From Camelus dromedarius (lineage: Eukaryota): a stretch of 64,000 bases of DNA. Under the pieces are notes generated by a model, which saw only the letters and a list, made by a program, of their open reading frames with translations, made no database searches and was not told the DNA's origin. Positions 53,450-64,000 of the stretch are shown here, one piece after another (within the stretch, counting starts at the first letter, position 1; every line of letters begins with the position of its first letter). The stretch lies in contig NC_087436.1 in assembly GCF_036321535.1 (NCBI RefSeq), forward strand, positions 96,350,001 through 96,414,000, written 5' to 3'. Position numbers and translations under genes: made by a program.

Positions 53450-53640
53450 TATATGGAATTAATTTACTAAGCACTGTCACATATAGTCTTTTCTTTGTAT
53501 CTTGTAATTACTCTGGTTGATGATATCAGTTTTACAGGTGAAGAAATAGGCTCAGAGAGGTTATCCATCATAACCCAGCTTATTTTTATTTGGGGCAGAA
53601 TCAGGACTCATTCCCAGATCCATGTACGTTATTTCCCACA
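53450..53640 (-). mobile_element. MIR fragment
   Basis: TTTTACAGGTGAAGAAATAGGCTCAGAGAGGTTA. Confidence 0.7.
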
Positions 53641-54339
53641 CTTGTCAATCTGTGTTTCATTTCTCCAATGGGAAATTCTTTGTTAGGGCAATGTAACAAG
53701 CTAATTACAGAACAAATAGATTTTGGCTTCTCTGCCTTGTGAAAGAACAATACTGTACACAGGGGGAAAAAAATCATAGAAGATGAAATGTGAAAGGAAG
53801 GGTGAATGAAAGAAGGAAAAAAGGAAGAAAACAACTTCCAAAACAGATGGTGCCTTTTAAACAACAGGTGATTGTTTATTCTCTCCCACCTGACTTTGCT
53901 GTATGACCCAGTGGGTGGGGGCTGACCTCCCTCAAGCCAGTCTCGTGATGCATGTATCAACTAAATTGATTAGCTGATGCTTTTCATCCACAGGCCAATA
54001 TGTTGAAAACCATAAGTGTTGTCTGCTTTTACTATGTCATTTTGTAGAGGTGAGACATGGTGATGGATGAAACTAAAAGTTAATTAGAGTGGTTCTAGAA
54101 CCATGCTTCTACTAAGCATACAGCCCCAGAATGACTCCCTGAGACCTTCAGGCAGACTGTTGGCAGGACGTCTGGGAGAATATTTCAAGTGGTGTGTTGT
54201 TCAGACTCATGCCTCTCCAATGCCCTTTCAGCCTTTAGCTTACACAAATATAGCCATTTTTACAGATACACCAAAAAAGAAACATTTTTTTTCCTGAATA
54301 AAAGAAGAGAAATGGAACTAAATATCAGGCATATGATAA

Positions 54340-54765
54340 CAGTAATACTGCTTGTTTTGGGATGTTGGATGCCAGGCAGCCTGGATACCAATCCCTACTC
54401 TGCCTAACCCTAACTCACTAGTCTGCCTCTAACTAATTAGCTCAACTTTTCTAATTTTGCTTTCTCAATTGAAAAACGGGGTAACACTCCTTCATTAAAC
54501 TCAAAGTATAATAGAGCAGGGTTTGCAAGGATGATCAGGCATCCCAGAACATCTCCCCTCCTTGCTCCGTGAGACTTCACACTAAGCCAGAACAGGAACA
54601 TGGATGGAATGATACAAAGGATTAGGAAAAAATCCATACTGGGAGCGTGGGTCAGCAAGGACCTCTGGCCTCTTGAATAATAATTATCTGAGCTTACACC
54701 TCCACATTTATAAAATGAAGACATGGGACTGGGTGGCCCTTAACAGTTATTCCAGCTCTAAAACA
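54340..54765 (+). mobile_element. MIR/MIR3 fragments
   Basis: CCTGGATACCAATCCCTACTCTGCC and CACATTTATAAAATGAAG...TTCCAGCTCTAAAA. Confidence 0.55.
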
Positions 54766-54892
54766 ATGTTAGACTTTATGGTGTTATCATTACATTGGAT
54801 TTGTGTGCACTGATAATATTCTAGAAATCTTTGAAAGGGTGATCCAGCATGATAGGTTTTGCAAACAAATGTAGGAATATAAAAATGTCTCT

Positions 54893-54913
54893 ACACACAC
54901 ACACACACACACA
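54893..54913 (+). repeat. (AC)n microsatellite
   Basis: Directly visible. Confidence 0.9.
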
Positions 54914-57900
54914 GAGGAATCGGTCTTTTTCATGTATATAAGTAATAAAAACTTAAATGTCAGCCTTCTTGCATCAAACATTTATTGCTTAGAAAATTCA
55001 GTGTCCATGACTCAGAAATTATTAGCTAAGAGTTTATGTTTGTGTAGCTATTTTTCAAAGCACTTATTTTAATTTAGTGTCTATTTACATCTTCAGTATT
55101 GTAGGCCTATGATACATAGATACACAGCACCAGTATTATATGCTTCTTCTCAAGACAATTGAAGATGAAATTGCCCATGACAAGATAACATGTTCATTAC
55201 AGAGTTTTCTCCTATTTATCAGAGAGAAGACATTCTATTTTTGGTAGTGAGCATCATTCCCTTCCCCCTTGCCAGAACACAATGACAAGAAAATGATTAA
55301 TGAGTATGCTCCACATTACTGTCAGCAGCAATCCAGTCAAGGCATGGAGGAAGCCTAAATAATTGAAGGGAAAAGGTAACGGTGGTAACATTAGTTAGAA
55401 CAGGTCAGAGAAGCTTTATTCCTGGGCTTTCTGCCCAGTTTCAAGGATCGTTTACACATTTCAGAGTGTGGTTTGTTTTGCTAATTGGTAAGCAACTCTT
55501 ACGGCTCAGAATCACAGCCCAGGGCTCCCAGTAAGTTTAGAAAGAGAGGTTGGACAGAACTGCATGTTCTCCTCATTACTGAAACCTTTCCTGACAACAG
55601 TTGCAGTAGAAGTTTTGCCTAATGGGTGATAAATGACTGCACTTCAGACGGGCGCCCTATCTCATTCATCACTGGCTCCAGAGTGGAGGGCTACTGGAAT
55701 CAGAATCAAAACAACTGAATAAGTCTAGACTTTGGATTTGCTTGGGGTTTCTTCACATTGTTTGATTCATTGATTGATTTCTTTATAACAGATAAGAAGA
55801 TACTGTGTGGCTAATGAATGGGGACAGTGGTGAAGAGATAATGTGAGAAAAGCCCTTTGATGGAAGCACTTTAACAGAACCTATCTATGCCATTGTACGA
55901 AACAAAACCAAATTGATTCAAAGGAGTGGGGACAGATTGACCTATGAAAAGGCAGCCTGAGAGGAAAGGATGGTGTTGTAATGACTGACCCTGGGAGGTG
56001 GGAACTGGACAACCTGAGATGAAGGACCTTCTTCACAGAAGCCTGCGTGCAAGCCTGCTTTGGGTCTTGCTAGGTACTTGCACCTGTGGATAACACCCTT
56101 GTCTTCACCAGTACTTGACTATGAAAGAGATGGCTTATACCCGTTCATACAGACTCACACACACACATGCACACACATGAACACTAAAAGTATAAGTGGC
56201 TGTTGTGGGGATATAAAAGTGGTTGATGCTGCATTAAAACAAGATGAAACCAAATGATGCCATTTAAAGCAAAACAAATGCAGCCTTGGACCAAACTCTA
56301 TGTTACTGGCCAAATATCAAGGGAATATGATACCATAAAGTTCAGCAAAATTACAGATGCTTTTTTTGAAACATGTTTAAATAGTAGCCTTCAGTCTGAT
56401 AGAACCTTTTAAGGAGGAATTATTAAGGGAATTTTGTTCCTTTTGTAATCTAAAAATTTATATTCAGTGCTTAATAATTTTAGGGAAAAACAGTCATCCT
56501 ATTTATAATAAATAAAAATAGAAACTATGCAAGAGGTTAGAACTTTAGGCTATTTCATAAAACTCAAATCTAATGTAAAGTTTAATTGCACCAGAGATAT
56601 AAAAATGAAAGAACTTCTGTGAGATAACAGATTTTAAAAACTTGCTTTAAAGTTGTGATTAAGAGAGCTTGGCAATTTCGTTTCAAAATCTAGGACTCAT
56701 TTTACAATGTGAGAATCAATTGCTATGTTTGGGAAACGTATATACCTTAGGCCTACTTATGTCTTTATGTTTTATATCATATGTTACAATATTAAAAAAA
56801 ATCAAACCAACATAAAAGTAGCAACTTATAAAATGTTACACATTTTGTGTGGCTTAGTAAAAGTTTGCTTTTATTTTTCTTCCAATGTCAAGAAATTTTA
56901 CAGTCTTGATTCAGTTTAAATACATAAAGGGTGGTATTTATAAATATAAGGTATAAATGAGAGACAATTAACTTAAACTATTGCCTTCCCATTTTTGTCT
57001 GTTATAAGTTATGTTTCAAATTAAAACATTTTTAGATGTTCTCTCCTCACTTGCTTCCTGCAGATATGGCTGAAAACCATTTCTAATACTTTTTAAAACA
57101 TGTCATTCATCACTACAACAAAACCATCCAGCATCTCCCCGAATGGAGGGCAACTCTCTACCTAGCCCATGGGTCAGAAATACCCTCCAAGAATAGGACT
57201 TTGTAAACATGCTTAACCTTTCTGTTCTGAGGATTATTTAACTTCAACCTACCCAGAAAATACTGAAGCATGCAAAGTTACTTTTATTCAAGGCAAATTT
57301 GGGGCATTATTTTAAATATTTTGAATGTAGGTAATGATAAACATTTTCAAAGGCTGATTTCCTGTCTCTTCTTATATTATCCCATCTTAAAAGACAGGCT
57401 AATTTTACTAACACTTGCTAGTTGTATTTTCCCTTATATTTTAAGGGAGTTATATAATGGTTTTAGGGTGAAAAATTATGTTACCATCTCTTACATGTTT
57501 TTAACTTCTTATCCAAATGCTGAGATTTCTTTTGCTTTTATAATTCGTATTCATCCATTACACAATGCAGCTAATTTCCTGCTGTCATTCAACTGTTCTA
57601 TGGCATTTTCTTTTTAAATTATTGACATTACCTTTCTGCAATTTGCTTTGGCCTGATTTGTATACAGCCATCAATGGAAAACAAAAGTCAAAATGGATAC
57701 AGGGATGGGTTATAGTAACATTCCATATATCTACACATGGATTACCAAAATGGGAGGAGAAATGGACAAACCTTTAATTTCCTTCTTCTCAAATGCTGAC
57801 ATATTATTCTGAGCCACAGCATATATTGAAGTTCTTTCCAGCAAATATGTTTAGCAGGAGAAGAACTGAGTTACTGAGCAGCAATTTTAAATTACTGGGG

Positions 57901-58959
57901 CAAGGAAACAAGAAAAAGTATGGCTTTACATATATTATGAGAATTTTCAATGCTTCCTATGGCTGATTGTCTAGGCTTTTTATTTTTTGGATTTAAGAGA
58001 CCTCTGTTAATAAGGGATTACTGTAGAAACCGTGTAGGCAGCTAAGTGTCAATTTAGTTAAAAGATACCTTCCTAAAGAAGGAAAGAAAATCCTTACACC
58101 TTTTGATTAATTTTTCACAGACACAAAGTTCCCCAACAAAATTTTCTTTCCGTTAAACAAAGCAAGATTCATGCTCAGGAGACAAACTAGATTAAACGGT
58201 TGCCCTTGGATGCAGAGGTCATCTATATTTCATCCCCAGAATAATTCATGGGCAGTGTTTTTGTTTTCAGTAAGGTCCAGACCCAAGCCTCAAACTGGAA
58301 GAACTAAAGTGTCAAGCCAAGATGCCAGTTAGAAAAGTCACTTCTTGGAGATGTGTGTTCTTGCTTTTAGGAATCTGTACAATACTCTCCAAAGGTGCTT
58401 CCTTTTTAAAATGGATAGAGTATTTGACAATGAGGTTCAAAAGCTTTGGAAAGTTCTCCAGTAGGTCTAAAAGCTGGGGGAAGGACAGCAGACTCCACAC
58501 CTGGATGACATTGCATTAGATTCTAAGACTTGCAGAGCTCAAGAGCTCTGGGAACTAAGCTTCCTCCACCTATTTTGAGATAGAACAATATTTGAAATAT
58601 TTGTAAAGATGATGAGTTTCTTTCATCCCTTGATACCCATACTAGTAGATCTGATGACACTTAATTTTAGTAATACTCTAAAGGTATAAAATGATTTTTG
58701 ACAGGCGAGAATCTAGAAGAGGAAATGCCAATAACTCAATCTTTCAGATGCTGAAGTTGAGGCGCAAATATTAACCACAATTTCAAAGTTAACGCAATAG
58801 TGTAGGATAATAACCCAGGATTCCTGACTCTGAGACTCATAGCTACCTAACCAGGACACCTAAAGTCATGTTTCTGTCAATCTTTAACTTCTATCTCTCT
58901 TTTTCTCTCTCTCCCTACCCCACAGCCCCTCCACCTCAAAAGAGACAGTTTTGCGTAAC

Positions 58960-59172
58960 ACCTGAGCGCATGGTCCCAGGGATTAGAATGCCTGGCTCTT
59001 CCATTCTCTAGCTGCGTGACTGAAGGCATAGTCTTTGCTATCCTGTTTCTGGGGTTCCTTATCTATAAGATAGGGTTAATAGTAATACCTAAGTCAAATG
59101 GTTGTTGTGAAGACTTAATAGGTAATTATAGGTAAAATGTCTGGCACAGAGTCAAGCCCTCAATACATGTTA
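58960..59172 (+). mobile_element. MIR SINE
   Basis: CTAGCTGCGTGAC...TTCCTTATCTATAAGATAGGG...GTTGTTGTGAAGA...TGGCACAGAGT...CTCAATACATGTTAG. Confidence 0.8.
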
Positions 59173-59399
59173 GATCCTAGAGTCTATCCCCATAGCTTCC
59201 TCTGTGAAGAATTCCTTGCTTTCCCTCTTTCTGACTTTTTATTCACAGTTGCCATCAACTCTTTCACCTGTTTGACCCCTCATCTCAGTCTTGGTTAGGT
59301 ACCCCTCTCTGGACCTCCTCTGTGTGACTTTATTATAACTCCTGGTCTGTAATTGTTTATTGGTCTGCTGATGAACAGGGAACTTTGGACAGGGAAGTT

Positions 59400-59970
59400 A
59401 CAGCATGTTGATAATGAGATCACCTGGAGCTGTTGGAAGGGATGAGAACAGAGGCAAGGCAAGAAGGCTGGTAAGGAGGCAACTGCAGCTGTCCAGATGA
59501 AGGAAGTGCAAGCAGATGGCTGTGGGGACAGAGAAGAGGGCAGAGCAAGAGGGGCTAAGGTGGTTATTCATCACCCACTAAGAAGCAGAACCCATTGAAT
59601 CTGACTGTGAAGGATGTGAAGGAGGAAGGACTCAAGAATGATGTCTGGGTTTGTGAGGTAGACAGTTGGGTCTGGAGATACAAATGTGGAGGTCAAAGCT
59701 GTACTGGGAGTACCTGAAGTAATGGGTATAGGTAAGACGGAGTACCTGAAGTAATGGGTATATGTAAGACGGAGTACCTGAAGTAATGGGTATAGGTAAG
59801 ACGGAGTACCTGAAGTAATGGGTATATGTAAGACGGAGTACCTGAAGTAATGGGTATAGGTAAGACGGCTTAGGGAGCACTAATATGCTCAGGAAAAAGA
59901 GAGGAAGGCCAAGGCAGATCTCTGACAAGTAACAACATTTAAGGGTTGGGCAGAGCAAGAAGAGCATAAA
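59400..59970 (-). mobile_element. L2 fragment containing a minisatellite
   Basis: GGTCTGGAGATACAAATGTGGAGGTCA...CAACATTTAAGGGTTGGGCAGAG matches antisense L2. Confidence 0.7.
59707..59868 (+). repeat. 32-bp minisatellite x5, GGAGTACCTGAAGTAATGGGTATAKGTAAGAC
   Basis: Units start at 59707, 59739, 59771, 59803 and 59835. Confidence 0.97.
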
Positions 59971-60451
59971 GAAATTTGGGAGAAAAGTTATAAATACAAG
60001 TTATAAGGATCATGTAACAACCCCTTAAAATGAGTATGATATGTTTATGAATTAAAAACAGGATCTATGTTTATATGTACTCTGAATATAGTTATGTAAA
60101 ACATGAATATTATAAAACCTGAAAGAGCTTATGCTAAACTGTTGAGAATGATTGTCTTAGTGTGGTTGGGTTAAGCATGGTATTTCTTCCTCTGTTTCTC
60201 ACTATTGTTTTCTTGTTAGACTGCTTCTATAATTCAACTGATATAATCATTGAATATTTATTGGGTTTTAATTTATTTTTCTCTTTTTCAGCTAAATGAA
60301 ATCATATTGTTCGGTCTTTGATGAGATATGCTTTTTATCATAAAAACTGTCTTGTTGAAAATTATCTGCAAGTCAAGTAAAATAATTTTGATGTTAATAT
60401 TTGTTATCAAATGACAGATTTCACTAATGGCTCTTTAAAAAAGTGACCCAT

Positions 60452-61595
60452 GGCTTAAAGACTTAAATATAGGACAACATAGGCAAAACATTATCTCACA
60501 TACATCTCAAAAATGTTCTTCTAGGGCAGTCTACCCAGGCATTAGAAATAAAAGCTAAAATAAATGAATAGGACCTAGTTAAACTTATAAGCTTTTGCAC
60601 AGCAAAGGAAACCATAAATAAAACAAAACAGCAACCTAAAGAAAAAAAAAAATTCCAATCCAAAAATGGGCAGAAGACCTAAACAAGCAATTCTCCAATG
60701 AAGACATACAAATGGCCAATAGGCACATGAAAAAATGCTCAATATCACTAATTATCAGAGAAATGAAAGTGAAAACTACAATGAGATATCACCTCACACC
60801 AGTCAGAATGGCCATCATGCAAAAGTCCACAAACGATAAATGCTGGAGAGGGTGTGGATAAAAGGGAACCCTTCTATACTGCTGGTGGGAATGTAGTTTA
60901 GTGCATCCACTGTGGAAAACAGTATGGAGATTACTCAAAAAACTAAAGATAAACTTACTATATGATTCAGCAATCCCATTCCTGGGCATATATCCAGAGG
61001 GAACTCTAATTCAAAAAGATACGTGCACCTCAATGTTTATAGCAGCACTATGTACAAGAGCCAAGACATGGAAGCAACCTTAATGTCCATCAACAGATGA
61101 TTGGATAAAGAAGTTGTGGTGTATTTATATGATGGAATACCTACTCAGCAATAAAAAAGAATAAGATAATGCCATTTGCAGCAACATGAATGTCCCTAGA
61201 GAATGTCATTCTAAGTGAAGTAAGCTGGAAAGAGAAAGAAAAATACCATATGATATCACTTATATGTAGAATCTAAAAAGAAAAAAGAGGACACTATGAA
61301 CTCATCTACAAAACAGAAACAGACTCACAGACATAGTAAACAATTTTATGGTTACCAGGGGGAAGGGGGTAGGAAGGGATAAATGCAAAGGTTAACCAGT
61401 ATAAATAAAAATAGGTAAAAAACAAATTCCTTCGGTATAGCACAGGGAACTGTATTCAATATCTTGTAATAACCTTTAATGAAAAAGAATATGAAAACAA
61501 ATATATGTATATATATATGCATGACTGGGACATTATGCTATACACCAGAAACTGACAAATGTAACTGACTAAACTTCAACAAAAAAAATTTTTTT
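60452..61595 (+). mobile_element. Young 5'-truncated LINE-1 (camelid-type) with perfect 12-bp TSD
   Basis: TSD AAAGTGACCCAT at 60440-60451 and 61596-61607. TT|AAAA endonuclease site on the left. ORF2 C-terminal remnants (PLWKTVWR...TWKQP). Confidence 0.93.
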
Positions 61596-62449
61596 AAAGT
61601 GACCCATTATTGACAACAGTTGATGGTGATGTTGATGACCATTATGATTACAATGATAATACAGTAAACTTAGGTGAAAGTTTAAAATTTTCAAAGACCC
61701 TTTTTTTTCTGTTACCTCATTTGATCCTTAATATAATTCTCTGAGATCAGCAAAACCAGTATCATCATGTAAAGCGGTTTTATTATTTACTGACCATGTG
61801 TGGCTTCAGTCTCTGGAGATATCACTTTCTTTGTCTAAAAATGAAGATAACAGTATGTCCTTCAGCATTTTGTATATGTAAGGTTAATACCTGGTATTGA
61901 ATCTATAGATAATCATCATTCAATATACATTGACTCCACTTCTTCAGATGAGAGTTTGACCCTAAAGGGGTCACTGATCACGTTGAATATGCACTGTGTT
62001 GCAACAGGCTCACAAATGAATAAGCATCACTCATCTGGGGGTTTATGGGTCAGAATTCCTGAGCCACCACCTTGCATCCTCAGGGCTCCCCTTGGGAGAT
62101 CCATGAAGTGAATTCAGATGATCTTGTTATTGAGAAAGAAGCTTTTACACAGTTTGCAGAAATGTCAGCCCAAAGCGCTGGAAGATCCACTGTCAATGTT
62201 ACATATGTTCACTGCTTCCATCATCCCTCACCCCTGACACAATCTCCTTAAACCTGCGGCACTGGCTGTCACTCATTTATACTAGCATAATATGATATCC
62301 AATGTAGCACACCATTTTGCTTTTGATATTTTGGAATCATAGAACAGTATTTCATCGCCCTCCTCAAAGAGCTCTATGGCTCCTGGGTGCTCTGGCTCCT
62401 GAACTTATGTGGAAACTAAAAGTCTAGGCCAGTATTTTTAGGATGTACT

Positions 62450-62572
62450 ATATATATATTGTTTTGGGGGGATAATTAGGTTTTTCTTTATTTTAATGGA
62501 AGTACTGGAGAATTGAACTTAGGACCTCATGCATGCTGAGCATGCACTCTACCACTGAGCTATCCCCTCCCC
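62450..62572 (-). mobile_element. tRNA-Ala-derived SINE (camelid Vic-1-like)
   Basis: Minus strand reads GGGGAGGGGATAGCTCAGTGGTAGAGTGCATGCTCAGCATGCATGAGGTCCTAAGTTCAATTCTCC with A and B boxes and an AT-rich tail. Confidence 0.85.
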
Positions 62573-62949
62573 TCCATAAAATATATTTCAGTAAAGATAA
62601 AAATTTTCAAGGTGTCAGAAGTACTTCCAATTTCTTTCAAATACCAAATCCTAAATGAAGACATGGGAATACTTCTTGCTTGAAATATATGTGTCAGGAG
62701 CTTTTTAATAATTACAAAAAGCAACATAAATGGATGCATCTTGGAAACTAGAAAGCCTATATGCGTAAAGCATTATTGCACCTTTTTGCTGATGTGTTCT
62801 ATTATTTTGTTCTTTAGCTTCTGTATTTATGTGTTTCATCTCCTTAACAGAACTATAAATCCATCAAAGTAGGGATTAGAGCTGCCACCCACTGGGAACC
62901 CTCATGGTGCCAAGCAGTTTTATGTGTAAGTATAAGCACCTGGAGAGCT

Positions 62950-63150
62950 AAGACTTGGTTTCATATCTTGGCTTCACTACCTTTTTGAATGTGTGACCAA
63001 GAACAAGTTACTCAATGACGTTATTTCTCTAAGTCTCAGTTTTCTTATCTATAAAATGGGTATAATACTATCTATCTCAGGATTTCTCTACAGATTAAAT
63101 GTGGTAAGTAAGGTACCTGTCAGATGGGAGTTACTTAGTAACTGTTAGAT
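62950..63150 (+). mobile_element. MIR SINE
   Basis: TCTCTAAGTCTCAGTTTTCTTATCTATAAAATGGGTATAATA. Confidence 0.8.
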
Positions 63151-64000
63151 TTCTTCTCCTGCTTACTTTCTGAAACTTGTTGGAAAAGAACACCTACAAC
63201 TTCTATTTATTTGGGCTTACTGCACCTGAATACACTGTGCTGCATATTCACTCTTTTCAAATGATGATAACATCTCACCGATACTGCACTGCTGAATTGC
63301 TGCTGTTACTTTGAGCCTGTGCTTAATGACTCACAGGAGACTTTATCCTACGGTTTCACAGAAATCAAAGAGCTTCTTCTCTTCCAGGTCTAAAATCAGA
63401 GAAATGTGTCCTTTTGTGATTAATAACATGTGGTTATTAGCAAACCCATACCCCAACCTGAGGTCTTGTTTTTAGGTGTTATAGGTGAGCACTCCTGGGC
63501 TCTTTACAAATTCCATTAGTCATTGGTTAATTCCTTCATTGATAATGCTAAATTACCCCACATATGAAGCATCTGTTCAGAATAAGAATAAGATTCTGAC
63601 AGGGTCTGGACAATTGACCAGCTCTCCATGTCTAGACAGAGGCTGTCAGGGAGCATTAACAGACAGTGAGCCAAACCTTCCCTAAAATCTAATTTACCAA
63701 ATGTTATTTCTACATGATGTAATTTAGCAGTCAGTTTTCCTTCATTGGTGTGACATCTCTCTGTTGGGGTCTCTGACTCCATCTCTTTCTCTTCTAAAAT
63801 ACCTGGAATCTGACTTGCTGACTTTGGACTATTTAACCTAATTCTTGGGTTGGCATAGTGTTGACCGAAAAGCCCACTCCTTCCCAATGTTCCCTTCACC
63901 TAAGTTTGAAATTCCTGACATTCAAGTCACATCTTTACATCAGCATTTATGATGCACTGTTTCTGTTCTCTTAGAATACTATTATGGTGCTGGTGGTGGT

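Noticed and set aside
59632..59967. 111-aa ORF with repeated peptides, and a CRISPR-like appearance of the repeat
   Set aside because: It is the translation of the 32-bp minisatellite; the units are contiguous with no spacers and the context is mammalian.
62480..62572. tRNA-Ala gene
   Set aside because: Degenerate arms and an AT-rich tail indicate a SINE rather than a functional tRNA.

Overview
Mammalian, repeat-rich genomic DNA, most likely camelid, judged from a tRNA-Ala-derived Vic-1-like SINE at ~62.5 kb and young camelid-type L1 3' ends. The only protein-coding sequence I can support is the first coding exon of NWD2 (NACHT and WD repeat domain containing 2) on the minus strand (33843-33693; 50 codons + 1 nt, then a GT donor), inside a CpG island (~33.05-35.3 kb). 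Bases 1-33692 are therefore NWD2 intron 1 (I did not find exon 2) and bases above ~34.7 kb are upstream sequence. The rest is a layered transposon record: a Tigger1 fossil with three nested insertions, several L1s, MaLR/ERVL LTRs, MIR, L2 and DNA-transposon MITEs. I found no evidence for a new multi-gene system. The most noteworthy items are a MaLR provirus with discordant LTRs, a twin-primed L1 lacking its 3' end, a complex L1/Tigger junction, candidate uORFs and a TATA box in the NWD2 leader, and a 32-bp minisatellite with alternating variants. Repeat family names come from remembered consensus sequences; boundaries of old repeats are approximate.
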